DNA of 64,000 bases from a virus, in the IMG/VR virus record IMGVR_UViG_3300031949_000013, positions 30,012 to 94,011 of that record; one strand, given 5' to 3'. Under the pieces are notes generated by a model, which had not been told where the DNA came from, made no database searches, and saw only the letters and a program-made list of their open reading frames with translations. This document shows, one piece after another, positions 9,298 to 18,888 of this stretch (within the stretch, counting starts at the first letter, position 1; every line of letters begins with the position of its first letter). Both the position numbers and the translations under genes were made by a program.

Positions 9298-11138
9298 AGT
9301 GTCAATCCGGTGGCTATCTCCGAAGAACGCTCAAAGAACGTCTCCAGAATCGAGTTGGGGTTAATCTCGACCGCTCTCAAAAGAGCAGCTACTTCATCTG
9401 GATTTGAATCTGGATCGATCTTCGTGAATGGGACATCTCTCAAGGTCATCAGGTCCACGTTGATACGCACTTGGGGTTCGGCCGAACGGAGCCTCTCATA
9501 CTGTACCTTGGTCAAACCGGTGAGGCCAGATCGATACAGAGCCTCTACCGTACCGTGAGCTTGAACCAGAGCCCTGAGAATCTTCTTTGGGACTCGGGGC
9601 ACGCCCGGAAGGTTGTCCGAGCTATCCCCAGTGAGAGCCCGGAGCTGTACCATGTCCGTAGGCTTCACACCATAATGCTCTTCTACCGCTTCCGGGTCAA
9701 ACAGCAACTCTTTTCTACTACCGATGGCTGGAATGAGGACGGAGACGTTCTCGGAGACGACCTGAAGGAAATCCCTGTCCGTGCCGAAAATGACTGTTTT
9801 CTGGCTGGAAAGCTTCTTCCGAACGAGAGTTGCGATGACGTCATCAGCCTCCTCATTAGGGTTGAATACCTGGTAAACCCCAAGACAAGGCAAAATCTTC
9901 CGAAGATAGCCCATCTGATCGAAGATCGGAGTGCCGGCTCTCGAAGGACGATTGGCCTTATATTCCGGATACTTGTCCTTCCTACGACGCGATGAGCCAT
10001 CCCAAGAAACATAGAGGGCGGATGTGTTGAATCTCTTCCGAAGCGCTCCCAGGCTCCGGAGAAAGCCTAGAATGACTCCCGTCGGGCGTCCTTGACTATC
10101 CGCAAGTTCGGACATCCCAGGGGCGTACAGGCACCGAAAGGCAAGGTTGTGACCATCGACGATGATGTTTTGAGGCATTTTTCCGGCTCCTGCTCTCCGA
10201 CGAGTCGCCTTCTTCCGCAGCAACTCGTTCATCTCTGCTCTGATCTGTCTACCCCGTCCGAGGACATCCTCGAACCAAGCCAACTCCAGCATTCCGCTCT
10301 CGATGACCATCCCGATCGCGGGATCCTCGATCCGCTTGTCCGCTTTGATGAATCTGGAAGTCGGGGCAGCGGCCATCAGCCACCCGGATAATCGCTCTAT
10401 CTCGGCGACTCTGCTTGGGAAATTCCACTTTTCCAGAGGATGATCGAAGAATCGGATGAAGGAGTAGGTCCGACTCCCATGGGTGTTCCAGTGGTTGAGC
10501 TGCTTGAGGCCCTGGTAACTATGGAGCACTGTGTCAAAGCCATTCTGCCAGGAAAACACAGGGTCGCTGCCCTGGACCCAGACTCGAAGCTGACCCAGAC
10601 GGGCTAGAAGCGGGGAGAGCGGGCTTCGGGTGCTGACCTGGAGGAACGACCTCGGAAGGGTGATGATGGTCTGCTTCGACCGAAGCTTAATGTAGACCTG
10701 GACGGCATCCTGCTCCGGGATCTCCTCGATGACCATGGCCTCGATGTGCTTGAAGTGGCCAGAAGTGATGACCACTGTATCCCCGACACCGATCCCCTGA
10801 TTGACCTCCAGATCGATCTGGCTGCGAATCTGGTCGATATGAGCGTCGGGTACCGTGGCCAGGACTCGATACCGAGACCCGTTGGTCTTGGTCAACACCG
10901 TATGGACGAACCGAGTGCCCTCCAGTTTGAAGTAGGCGGTGTCCGGAAGGGTCTTTCGAATGAAAGCGTACCCCTCCATCAGATAGTGGATGACGCGATC
11001 CCCACCTACTTGGGTCACGGCAGCCGGGATGAAAACTTCGCCCGGTTGTTTCAGCGATTGGAGGATGCCCGCCTTGAGAGCATCAGGGTCCTCCCCCTCG
11101 CTTTTCGGACTGAGTTCAAGGACAACCCACTCGCTCAT
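9294..11138 (-). CDS. NusG-like (NGN+KOW) domain fused to 5'-3' exonuclease (PolA N-term/FEN family)
   Basis: N-term W.V...EVFIP...LMEGYAFI and KOW GDTVVITSGHFK; C-term IVDGHNLAFR, EADDVIATL, DRDFLQ, ALTGDSSDNLPGVP. Confidence 0.8.
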   Translation of the reverse strand: MSEWVVLELSPKSEGEDPDALKAGILQSLKQPGEVFIPAAVTQVGGDRVIHYLMEGYAFIRKTLPDTAYFKLEGTRFVHTVLTKTNGSRYRVLATVPDAHIDQIRSQIDLEVNQGIGVGDTVVITSGHFKHIEAMVIEEIPEQDAVQVYIKLRSKQTIITLPRSFLQVSTRSPLSPLLARLGQLRVWVQGSDPVFSWQNGFDTVLHSYQGLKQLNHWNTHGSRTYSFIRFFDHPLEKWNFPSRVAEIERLSGWLMAAAPTSRFIKADKRIEDPAIGMVIESGMLELAWFEDVLGRGRQIRAEMNELLRKKATRRRAGAGKMPQNIIVDGHNLAFRCLYAPGMSELADSQGRPTGVILGFLRSLGALRKRFNTSALYVSWDGSSRRRKDKYPEYKANRPSRAGTPIFDQMGYLRKILPCLGVYQVFNPNEEADDVIATLVRKKLSSQKTVIFGTDRDFLQVVSENVSVLIPAIGSRKELLFDPEAVEEHYGVKPTDMVQLRALTGDSSDNLPGVPRVPKKILRALVQAHGTVEALYRSGLTGLTKVQYERLRSAEPQVRINVDLMTLRDVPFTKIDPDSNPDEVAALLRAVEINPNSILETFFERSSEIATGLTL

Positions 11139-11147
11139 TTTGTAACA

Positions 11148-12533
11148 CTACCCCCGCCAGGATCGCTCGAAGGCTCGTTTCCAGTCGCCAGGCGGCAGCA
11201 CCTTCTCCTCCTTCGAGGCTGTCACCACTCGCTTGTCCCCTTCCTCATGCCCCCTCGGGTGATCCTTGGGAACACCAAACTCGTCTACGGTTGTGAGAGC
11301 CATCGGGTCAGTTCCCAGATTTCCAGCTTTCCCATTGGTCACGGGAGGTGTTGGGGCAGGGACTTGAGGGGATGGTATTGGAGGGGGCGTAGGCTTGGAT
11401 GCCGCGATTGGTATTGTTGGAGCTGATACTGGTGATACTGGGTTTGGAGAGGAATGTAGTTGCAATTGTGGGGTTTGGGCAACAGGAATTTGTTGAGGAA
11501 GTTCCATCGTGGTGGTCAAGGCCACCACATCGCAGATGAGCCCTACCTTCGTTCGTGCCTGAGCAGATAGGAATTTGCGGGTATAACCGACGATCGAGGG
11601 TCCGTATTTCTTGTACAGCTCCTCTGCCTTCGCCCTGTCCACATAGGTGAACTCGGCAAACATTTTGTTGGCGAGACGGTAGGTGTTCATGGCCGCTTCG
11701 GCCAATCCAACCGAAACCTCCTCGGCACCCACCTGATCACAAGCGTCCTCGATCAAGGGGAGGGACTTCGTGGGGTCGTCGAGGGACAACAGAATTTCGT
11801 AGTAGGTCGTGGTCAGTCCAAGCCCCAGATAGTCCCGAACGGCTTCAACCGAGACCACACCAGCCTGCGAAATCATCTCCAGCCGATTCATGATGTCCCG
11901 AACATGCCCTCCAGAGCTGTCGATGACCGTGAACAAGGCATCTTCCTCGTATTCGACCTGTTCAGCTTGAAGGATTTGCTTCAATCTTTCGGCTATATGT
12001 TCCCGAGTTATCTTGCGAATCCGGTGCTCCTCACATCGTGAACGAATCGCCCCCCGGATCTTGTCCGGCTCGGTCGTGCAAAAAATGCCGACCATGTCCT
12101 TCTCCTCGATGGGCTTGAGGAGAACATCCTGGGCTGCATTGCTCATCCGATGAGCTTCGTCGAAGAGGTGGATTTGCTTGACGGCTCCCGGCACAACAAA
12201 AGGCAAATCATCCACGATCTGCCGGATGATGGCAACAGTCCCTTGACTGGCGGCATCCCGCTCATGAAAGGCCAAGGAGGTGTCGCTCAAGATCGCTTGA
12301 CAGTTCTCGCACTTGTTGCAGGGCTCCTGATCATCGGTCAGATGCTCGCACAGCATTGCTCTGGCCAGAACACGAGCCAGGGTCGTCTTGCCCTGGCCGT
12401 GTCCTCCGGAGAAGATGTACGAGGAATCGAGAGCCGTGCCAAGGCGGATCCTGGTCTTCAAGACCTGGACGGCGCCTTCTTGCCCAAGCACATCCGTGAA
12501 GTTCTTGGGCCTATAACGGATATCCCACATCAC
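11148..12533 (-). CDS. dnaX: DNA polymerase III clamp loader gamma/tau subunit
   Basis: RYRPKNFTDVLGQ, Walker A GGHGQGKTT, CNKCENC zinc site, DEAH, SRC motif. Confidence 0.9.
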   Translation of the reverse strand: MMWDIRYRPKNFTDVLGQEGAVQVLKTRIRLGTALDSSYIFSGGHGQGKTTLARVLARAMLCEHLTDDQEPCNKCENCQAILSDTSLAFHERDAASQGTVAIIRQIVDDLPFVVPGAVKQIHLFDEAHRMSNAAQDVLLKPIEEKDMVGIFCTTEPDKIRGAIRSRCEEHRIRKITREHIAERLKQILQAEQVEYEEDALFTVIDSSGGHVRDIMNRLEMISQAGVVSVEAVRDYLGLGLTTTYYEILLSLDDPTKSLPLIEDACDQVGAEEVSVGLAEAAMNTYRLANKMFAEFTYVDRAKAEELYKKYGPSIVGYTRKFLSAQARTKVGLICDVVALTTTMELPQQIPVAQTPQLQLHSSPNPVSPVSAPTIPIAASKPTPPPIPSPQVPAPTPPVTNGKAGNLGTDPMALTTVDEFGVPKDHPRGHEEGDKRVVTASKEEKVLPPGDWKRAFERSWRG

Positions 12534-13042
12534 AGCTCAGATAGCAGGTCTTCGACGTTCTCGGTCTCGGTTTCTGCGGTCTCGACCCCGGCTTCCTCCC
12601 GGGCGATGGTGTCCACCTGGATTTCGTGAGCCACCGAAACGAAGCCGGTGAGCTGGTCATTCCAGGCTCCATGACGACGCAGGATACTGGCGAACTCCTG
12701 GACATCGGGCTCCCGGATCTTCCACGTCATCTCGCCAGACTTTTCGTCTTCCTCGCCCGTGCAGCGCTCCAGGAGATGATCAACAAGGGCTTGGCGAGCC
12801 TCGTTGCTCAGCTCCACCCACTTGTCTCCGGCGACTTCAATGACGAAGTCCAATTCTAAGAGGAATTCTAAGGGTCCAGAAATCTTCCGGGTCTTACCCA
12901 GAACATCGATCCCACCTTTGCTCGACGCCTTGTCCACGAAAATGAACCCGAGTCGAGCCGTAGCTAACTCCGGGTGGTAGTTTGCGATCAATCCTCCTGC
13001 GACGGCTCGGACGGACTCTGCTTCACTGTATACCTTAGGCAT
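12530..13042 (-). CDS. Phage metallopeptidase-like protein (degenerate HExxH)
   Basis: DFVIEV...W..L....RQALVDHLLERC...PDVQEF..ILRRHG. Confidence 0.6.
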   Translation of the reverse strand: MPKVYSEAESVRAVAGGLIANYHPELATARLGFIFVDKASSKGGIDVLGKTRKISGPLEFLLELDFVIEVAGDKWVELSNEARQALVDHLLERCTGEEDEKSGEMTWKIREPDVQEFASILRRHGAWNDQLTGFVSVAHEIQVDTIAREEAGVETAETETENVEDLLSEL

Positions 13043-13757
13043 GGCTCTTCCTCTCTATCGTGTAAGGGTCAACCTGCCGAAGCAGGTAGTCTCGAAAGCG
13101 GGCATCACCCCAGACTTCCCATAACTCGTTGGGGTCTTTCGTGTACTTGTTCTCGGCAATGCGAACTCTAGGGGGAGTCAAGATGCGGACATCCAGGGAA
13201 TCACCATAGTCTTTCTGGAAGTCCGAACAAGCCTGTCGTCCGTCACGGTCGTTGTCATAGACCAACCAAACCTGCTTCACAAAGCGCCGGACGAGCCGAG
13301 CCAAAGCCTCGCTAGTCCCAAGAGTAAGGGCTGCGAAAGTGTTCTCGAACACCCGCTGGACGGGGAAAACATCGAATGCCCCTTCTACCATGAAGACTGT
13401 CTCTGTCTCCCACATTTTGGGAATGGCCTGGCCTAGCCCGAAGTACACCGACTCGTCCCGGTCGTGGTAGTACGTCAGGTAGCCCTTGATCCCCTGGGAG
13501 ATGTGCCGGAACTGGAGCCCTTTGATCTGGCCCAGGATATTCGTGAGGGGCAGCACAAAAACATCATCGAGTCGCTGGCCCCCATGAGAGAATTTGACGA
13601 ACTCCTTGGGCACTCCTGCCGGGAGATTCCTGTTCAGACAACCCAAATGGTAGAAGTCAACCTGAGCATCAGAAACACCTCGTGCCCAGAGCGCCTCACG
13701 CTCTCGATTGCCCAACCGTGCATGGGCAATTTGGACGAAGTCATCTAACCAACTCAT
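13035..13757 (-). CDS. DnaG-like primase core (TOPRIM), no N-terminal zinc-binding domain
   Basis: FVLPLTNILGQIKGLQFR, MVEGAFDV, YDNDRDG, KDPNE. Confidence 0.8.
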   Translation of the reverse strand: MSWLDDFVQIAHARLGNREREALWARGVSDAQVDFYHLGCLNRNLPAGVPKEFVKFSHGGQRLDDVFVLPLTNILGQIKGLQFRHISQGIKGYLTYYHDRDESVYFGLGQAIPKMWETETVFMVEGAFDVFPVQRVFENTFAALTLGTSEALARLVRRFVKQVWLVYDNDRDGRQACSDFQKDYGDSLDVRILTPPRVRIAENKYTKDPNELWEVWGDARFRDYLLRQVDPYTIERKSHA

Positions 13758-14358
13758 TGATGAGAATCACTGCCTGATGGATCCGCTGAAACACCAAGCC
13801 CACATGATCATCTATTCGGGTTGCGACGCCCACCAAGGTAGGGGCTGTTCCCAGAATCATCTGACCGGGAGGGAGATCGGAAAAGAAAATCCGAATCCCA
13901 TCCACTTCGGCCACATGACCTTGGGCTATGATGAGTTTGATGGCGTCATCCAGGGAAATCTCCCGACCGCAAACCTCGTGGAGAGTCACGAAAGGCACGA
14001 TCAACGTTCGAGGTAATAGGCCGAAGCTCTCCAGGCGATGCTTGGCTTGAGCTATGCTAGTACACCGATTGGCCCATCCGGAGATATCGGAAAGAGCCCA
14101 CAGAGTCCGGTAAAATTCAGCTAGAAGGCGTGGCTCCTCGTCCAATGGACACTCGGAGAACCCGTACCGGAGTACCTTCTCCCGGGAGACCACTGGCTGG
14201 ACAAAGGATCTTCGGGCATTGGTCACCAGGAATGGGGCATCCTCAGGTTCAACCGGCCGCTCCAGATAGGCCGGGACTGCAAAGCCCCCGTCCCGGGCTG
14301 CCTTCCGTCGGGACCGCTCTGGAACCAGGAAGCCCTCAAAGGCCGAGGGAGTCATCAT
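13741..14358 (-). CDS. Hypothetical protein
   Basis: 205 aa ORF in overlapping operon. Confidence 0.6.
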   Translation of the reverse strand: MMTPSAFEGFLVPERSRRKAARDGGFAVPAYLERPVEPEDAPFLVTNARRSFVQPVVSREKVLRYGFSECPLDEEPRLLAEFYRTLWALSDISGWANRCTSIAQAKHRLESFGLLPRTLIVPFVTLHEVCGREISLDDAIKLIIAQGHVAEVDGIRIFFSDLPPGQMILGTAPTLVGVATRIDDHVGLVFQRIHQAVILINELVR

Positions 14359-14857
14359 TGGTGGACTCCGGAAGCTGTTTCATCGGATCCGTTCTGATTC
14401 TCAAAAACCAAAACCAGATGCGCTTCCACCAAGGAAGACTGACAGGATGGGACAAAGCCCAGAGCAATCCGTGGACCTCGGGGAGATTCGTTTGCAACCA
14501 CCCAAGGTCATGCGTCTGGACCTCGAAGTCCCGTCGAAGGTCTTCCTTCGTGATCTTAGGGGTGTAGTAGGGACACCTCTGGGCATCGATAGGATCTTCG
14601 CAGATGGTTCCGTTCCATTGCTCAACGTTCTCCATGCCCAACGTGCAGAGCCCGAGAGACTGCTGGACGATCGACAAAGAAATCCGGTTGTAGTTCTCGT
14701 TGGGCTCACCATCAACTCTCTTCCGGACATCCATTGGATGCCGGTAGTTGTGGGTGCATTGGTGAGGCAATCGTTGGGACGTCAACTGAACTCGACGGTC
14801 CAGCTCCTTGGACAGCAGATACCGAACACGCCCTTGAAGATCCGAGGCTGGTCGCAT
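14336..14857 (-). CDS. Hypothetical Cys-containing protein
   Basis: 173 aa ORF coupled to neighbours. Confidence 0.6.
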   Translation of the reverse strand: MRPASDLQGRVRYLLSKELDRRVQLTSQRLPHQCTHNYRHPMDVRKRVDGEPNENYNRISLSIVQQSLGLCTLGMENVEQWNGTICEDPIDAQRCPYYTPKITKEDLRRDFEVQTHDLGWLQTNLPEVHGLLWALSHPVSLPWWKRIWFWFLRIRTDPMKQLPESTNDDSLGL

Positions 14858-15537
14858 CAGGCGCTCCTCAATTCCAAATACCTAAAGCCCGCCTCTTCCA
14901 CGACAACCTCCGAGCAACGATAAGCCCGATTAGCATGATCCAGGAACGACTGCTTATGGGTCACGAGCAGGACATCGATCTTCATAGACTCCGCAAGCTG
15001 CTGGAGGAAGCTGCCGGTGGCGTCCACGTAGTCGTCGGAGACCGAAGCCAACGTCTCATCGAGCAACAACAACGGGCGACGCTTGAGCCGGAGCAGAGCC
15101 ATCATGCGAAGGATCAGGTCGGCCACAGCCGAAGGTCCACCACCAAAGGAGTCCAGGGGTTTTCCCCGGATGGCCAACGGGTCATCGGCAGCCCCTTGAC
15201 GAAACAGGAAGTCCACCGAGACCTTATTGTACTTTGGGGAGATTTCAGCCTCAAAGCCCAGACCCAGGTCGAAGAAGATCGTGTTGAGACCTTCCGTGAC
15301 TACTCCCTCGATAGTCCGCACCTGCTTGACCACGAGCTGATCGAGCAGAGCACGAAAGAGTTCACTCACCTTGGTGAGCTTCTCGACCCGCACCGTGAGC
15401 TGGCTGACCTCAGCTTCCTTGGCAGCCAGCTCAAAGGTCATCCTATCCCGAAGCGTGGCGATTCGAATGGACGACTCCTCCACTGCTCGAACGCGATGGA
15501 TCAGGTCATCGATGGGATGAACCGAGTCACTTGACAT
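14857..15537 (-). CDS. Rad50/SbcC C-terminal half (signature, Walker B, H-loop)
   Basis: Coiled coil, then SFGGG signature, LLLLDE Walker B, LLVTH H-loop; no Walker A. Confidence 0.85.
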   Translation of the reverse strand: MSSDSVHPIDDLIHRVRAVEESSIRIATLRDRMTFELAAKEAEVSQLTVRVEKLTKVSELFRALLDQLVVKQVRTIEGVVTEGLNTIFFDLGLGFEAEISPKYNKVSVDFLFRQGAADDPLAIRGKPLDSFGGGPSAVADLILRMMALLRLKRRPLLLLDETLASVSDDYVDATGSFLQQLAESMKIDVLLVTHKQSFLDHANRAYRCSEVVVEEAGFRYLELRSA

Positions 15538-16742
15538 TTGATACCGCCTTCTGGACCCGGGAGTACCTTACCAGCGGGATCCATGTAGAACGGGTCGATG
15601 ACGCGGAAATAGTAGCTTTCCTTGCGCTTATCGGTGGCCGGAGCGATTCTAACTCCGATCGGAGTCTGCTTACAATCCAAAGAACTCACCATCTCCAGGA
15701 AGTGCTTGATGCTGACGTTGGTAGCAAAGCTCCTCGTCTTGGCTTCCTCGGTCATCGGGATCACCGTGACGTAGGGACTCTTGACAGTGCCGGTGGGCTC
15801 CTGGAACAAGAACTGGAGCTGCCACTTATCGGGGGCCGCCTCGTAGATGATTCGAACACGCTCCTTGTTCTTGTCCCCCGCTTCAAGCGCTTCTTTCATG
15901 TACCGCAACTGCCGGATGAGGAAATCCGTATCGACGAGAAGCCGAATCGACTCCTCTGGGTAGTAGGCATACCTGGGATGATTCTTGGTGTGGTGCGTCC
16001 AGCCGAACATCTGACCCTTGGTGTTGGTCAGGAAGGTCCAGTTGTCTCCAGTTCGCAGGATCACAGAACCCTCGCTCTTGGAGAGGAAGCTGAGCACCTG
16101 GGGCAAGTGGTTACCGTGAAGAGCCAAGCCCTTACCCTTGAAGGCATCGCAGTAGAAGTACGAGCCCCGCCGACCGTCTGCGGCGAACAGAGTGCCGTCA
16201 CCAGGCGCCCACTCGGGCTTGCTGGTGTCGAAAATCTGGATGGTCTTGAGGTACTCATCGACCTTCTGATTGTCGAGAGACACCAGGCTGCCCCTGACAG
16301 TCTCGATGGCCCGCTTGAGCAAAGCGGCCGGCATCTCAATGTCCGACTCCGAGGGCTCGGGATCCTCGACAGGTCGGATTGCCTGAGAGTCAAAAGACGG
16401 ACGCTCGCACACGTTCCCCGAGGCAGTCTCATAGTTCACGTAGAAACTGCCCTCTCGTTCCCCTGCCTCGAAGTTGAGGATCTCCTCGGGAGCGACGTGC
16501 TTGAAAACGTTGCTGAAGGCTCCAGGATAGATAAAGGTCCCCTCACCCTCGACGTTCGTAATCGCCAGGACCGCTCGGGCGATGTGTGTCTTGTCCTGGG
16601 AGTAGACGTAGCAGCTCTGGTCCCCACGGATGACAAACAAGTAGCCTGCCCCGCCTTGTTTCGTGACTTCCTGGGGAGGGACAATCCCCACAACATCGAG
16701 GGCCTGAACGATGTCAGACGCCTGAACACTGAACTTGATCAT
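15501..16742 (-). CDS. DNA polymerase III beta-clamp-like protein
   Basis: 413 aa with MIKFSV..., 'MPAALLKRAIE', 'AADGRR', 'YPEE' resembling DnaN; clamp-loader genes nearby. Confidence 0.6.
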   Translation of the reverse strand: MIKFSVQASDIVQALDVVGIVPPQEVTKQGGAGYLFVIRGDQSCYVYSQDKTHIARAVLAITNVEGEGTFIYPGAFSNVFKHVAPEEILNFEAGEREGSFYVNYETASGNVCERPSFDSQAIRPVEDPEPSESDIEMPAALLKRAIETVRGSLVSLDNQKVDEYLKTIQIFDTSKPEWAPGDGTLFAADGRRGSYFYCDAFKGKGLALHGNHLPQVLSFLSKSEGSVILRTGDNWTFLTNTKGQMFGWTHHTKNHPRYAYYPEESIRLLVDTDFLIRQLRYMKEALEAGDKNKERVRIIYEAAPDKWQLQFLFQEPTGTVKSPYVTVIPMTEEAKTRSFATNVSIKHFLEMVSSLDCKQTPIGVRIAPATDKRKESYYFRVIDPFYMDPAGKVLPGPEGGIKCQVTRFIPSMT

Positions 16743-16751
16743 GTTTGAACC

Positions 16752-17027
16752 TCAATCCTTTTTCTCGAATTTCGCCAGGGCTTGCTCGACCTCAGCTAAG
16801 TCCTTCTCGAAGGAGGCAATGGCTGCCTCGACTTCAACCTTCTTCTGATTGCGTTCCTCGACGAGCTTCTTCGGGTCATACCCTGCCGCCCGGATCTCCT
16901 TGATCAGGCGATCCAACTCTTCCCGCTTGGCTTGTAACTGACCCTTCAGAGTTGCTTTCTTTGACCGCACTTCTTGAGTCCTCCGGGAGAGTTCATCGAT
17001 CTTCTTTTTCATCTGCTCTGGAGTCAT
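16752..17027 (-). CDS. Small coiled-coil protein
   Basis: MTPEQMKKKIDELSRR... 91 aa; start shortened relative to ORF track. Confidence 0.7.
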   Translation of the reverse strand: MTPEQMKKKIDELSRRTQEVRSKKATLKGQLQAKREELDRLIKEIRAAGYDPKKLVEERNQKKVEVEAAIASFEKDLAEVEQALAKFEKKD

Positions 17028-17035
17028 GACTGCAC

Positions 17036-17908
17036 CTATACACCTGTGGAGGGTTTCTTCTCCATAACTTCTTGGCCTTCCTTGCACAAGCCAATGAAAG
17101 TACAGAAGCGACACTCCTCCTTGCTGGCCCTCGTTGGAAAAGCTCGCTGAGTCCGCTCGATGGGCTCACCTGCTCGACGGGTCATGCCCTGCTCAATCCT
17201 CGACACCGCTTCCATGACCTCGTCGAGCAACTCGTCCAGCTCGACTCGGGAGAAGTCCACCCAATCCATGCTCTCCGGCGGATCAAAACGCCAATAGACA
17301 AAGCCTAGCTTGTCAGGGAGAGCCCCGTCATTCCGCATGGAGTAGAGCAAGGCGTACCACTTGAGCTGCCGGGGATCCACGTAGGAAGCTCGATGCTTCG
17401 ATCCCTTCCCATCAAGAATCACGAGGTCATGATGCGGCTTGGTGCGTTGGATGATGAAATCGGCTCGGCCTCCGAGACGATGACCCTTCACGTCCACGTC
17501 GAGCTTAAACTCAGCATCCATTCGAGGTCCGGCTAAGCGATAGAACCGAACGATGCGGATGGCTCTGGCGATGGTGTCCCTGACATCGCCAAGAAGCTCC
17601 TCCTGACTCACATAGTTCGGCTTCTGATCGGCCTTGCTTTTCCACTGGATGACATGACCTCTCTTGACCTTGTCAGCCACGACCTTCTGGTACGTGTCTT
17701 CGATTCGTTTCTCCAGAGTCGCCTGGACGTTCTTCTCTCGCCAGAGGCCCTTCATGTAGAAGTCCTCCATGAGCGTGCCGACGACTGACCCATAGAGAGA
17801 ATTGACGGAGTTGTCGGGTTCCGGGGGTTTCGTCTCTGCGACGTATGAGTGCCAGTACCTCCTAGGGCACTTATGGGTCTTGAAGCCAGAGTAGGAGAGG
17901 TACATCAA
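17036..17908 (-). CDS. PD-(D/E)XK nuclease (RecB/AddB/Cas4-like)
   Basis: CPRRYW, GRADFI, ILDGKGS, QLKWYAL, C-terminal CRFC..C. Confidence 0.85.
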   Translation of the reverse strand: MMYLSYSGFKTHKCPRRYWHSYVAETKPPEPDNSVNSLYGSVVGTLMEDFYMKGLWREKNVQATLEKRIEDTYQKVVADKVKRGHVIQWKSKADQKPNYVSQEELLGDVRDTIARAIRIVRFYRLAGPRMDAEFKLDVDVKGHRLGGRADFIIQRTKPHHDLVILDGKGSKHRASYVDPRQLKWYALLYSMRNDGALPDKLGFVYWRFDPPESMDWVDFSRVELDELLDEVMEAVSRIEQGMTRRAGEPIERTQRAFPTRASKEECRFCTFIGLCKEGQEVMEKKPSTGV

Positions 17909-18888
17909 CCCGCCTTCTTCAACCTGGCTGTCTCCAGGTAATGCAGTGCCAGCTCTCGGATTTCTGTGGCGAAGGACAAGTTAGAAAGCGTGTCCTCGAT
18001 GGACGCTTCGGGGTCCATCAAGACATCTGCTCGAATCTTCTGGACGAACTGGTCGATGTGCCTGACCTGCTCGTCCTGACGCTCTTTGCGTTCAATATCG
18101 AAGACCTCGGAAGGAGGTAGAACGTCCAGAGGGAAAGGAGTGCAAACGATGCCACTCTTCGTGACTTCGATGATCCCCACCTTCGGTGTTCGTTCGAGGT
18201 TCTCCCGAATCAGAGCACCTCGACTCACAGCCCCTTGATTCAGGAACGTGCGGCCTTCCAGAGAGACAATGCCTTGGTCCCTGTGCCAGTGCCCGAAAGC
18301 CCACAAATCCGGACCATCTGGAAACACGAGATCGGAGTATCGGAAAACAGGCTCTCCGAAGAAGTCCTCGATGCTGGGAGGAGGGTTGGGTCCAGCCAAC
18401 GAGTGTACGAGGGCGATTAGGAAGGTGTCACCAGGCTGCTTCCGAATCAACCGTAACTCATTCAGGGTCCGGGTTGGGCTGTACGGTACGCCAACAACCC
18501 GGACTCGTAAGTCCCCATCCTCAAACACTTGCTCTCGTAAGTGTTGAAAGACCTTTGCAGCGTAAAGAACACCCAGGGGTTGTCTCTCGATGGTGTTCAG
18601 ATTGTTGTAGGCGATATCGTGGTTGCCTTCGACACAATAGGTTGGGCATGGGTATCCAGCTTGGACCTCTGCCGACTGAAACACGATGGAGTGTGGATTT
18701 CGACTGGCGGCCTTGATATGGAAGTAGTCACCGCAATCGAGGACAGCGTTGGCCTCATGCTTCTTGGCCAGCTCTCCGATCTGATGCAAGTTCCTCCAGA
18801 TCTCGGTCGGGTAGTCCCCCTTCCAGGAAGAGGGAGATCGATCCGTGACATGAACGTCCGTGCGATGGATAAAGCAAAGTCTAGGCAT
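17905..18888 (-). CDS. Mre11/SbcD metallophosphoesterase nuclease
   Basis: TDVH, CGDYFH, EGNHD, VH, FGHWH motifs. Confidence 0.9.
   Translation of the reverse strand: MPRLCFIHRTDVHVTDRSPSSWKGDYPTEIWRNLHQIGELAKKHEANAVLDCGDYFHIKAASRNPHSIVFQSAEVQAGYPCPTYCVEGNHDIAYNNLNTIERQPLGVLYAAKVFQHLREQVFEDGDLRVRVVGVPYSPTRTLNELRLIRKQPGDTFLIALVHSLAGPNPPPSIEDFFGEPVFRYSDLVFPDGPDLWAFGHWHRDQGIVSLEGRTFLNQGAVSRGALIRENLERTPKVGIIEVTKSGIVCTPFPLDVLPPSEVFDIERKERQDEQVRHIDQFVQKIRADVLMDPEASIEDTLSNLSFATEIRELALHYLETARLKKAG

Noticed and set aside
17036-17908. CRISPR Cas4
   Set aside because: Lies in a recombination cluster with no other cas genes; better treated as a generic PD-(D/E)XK exonuclease
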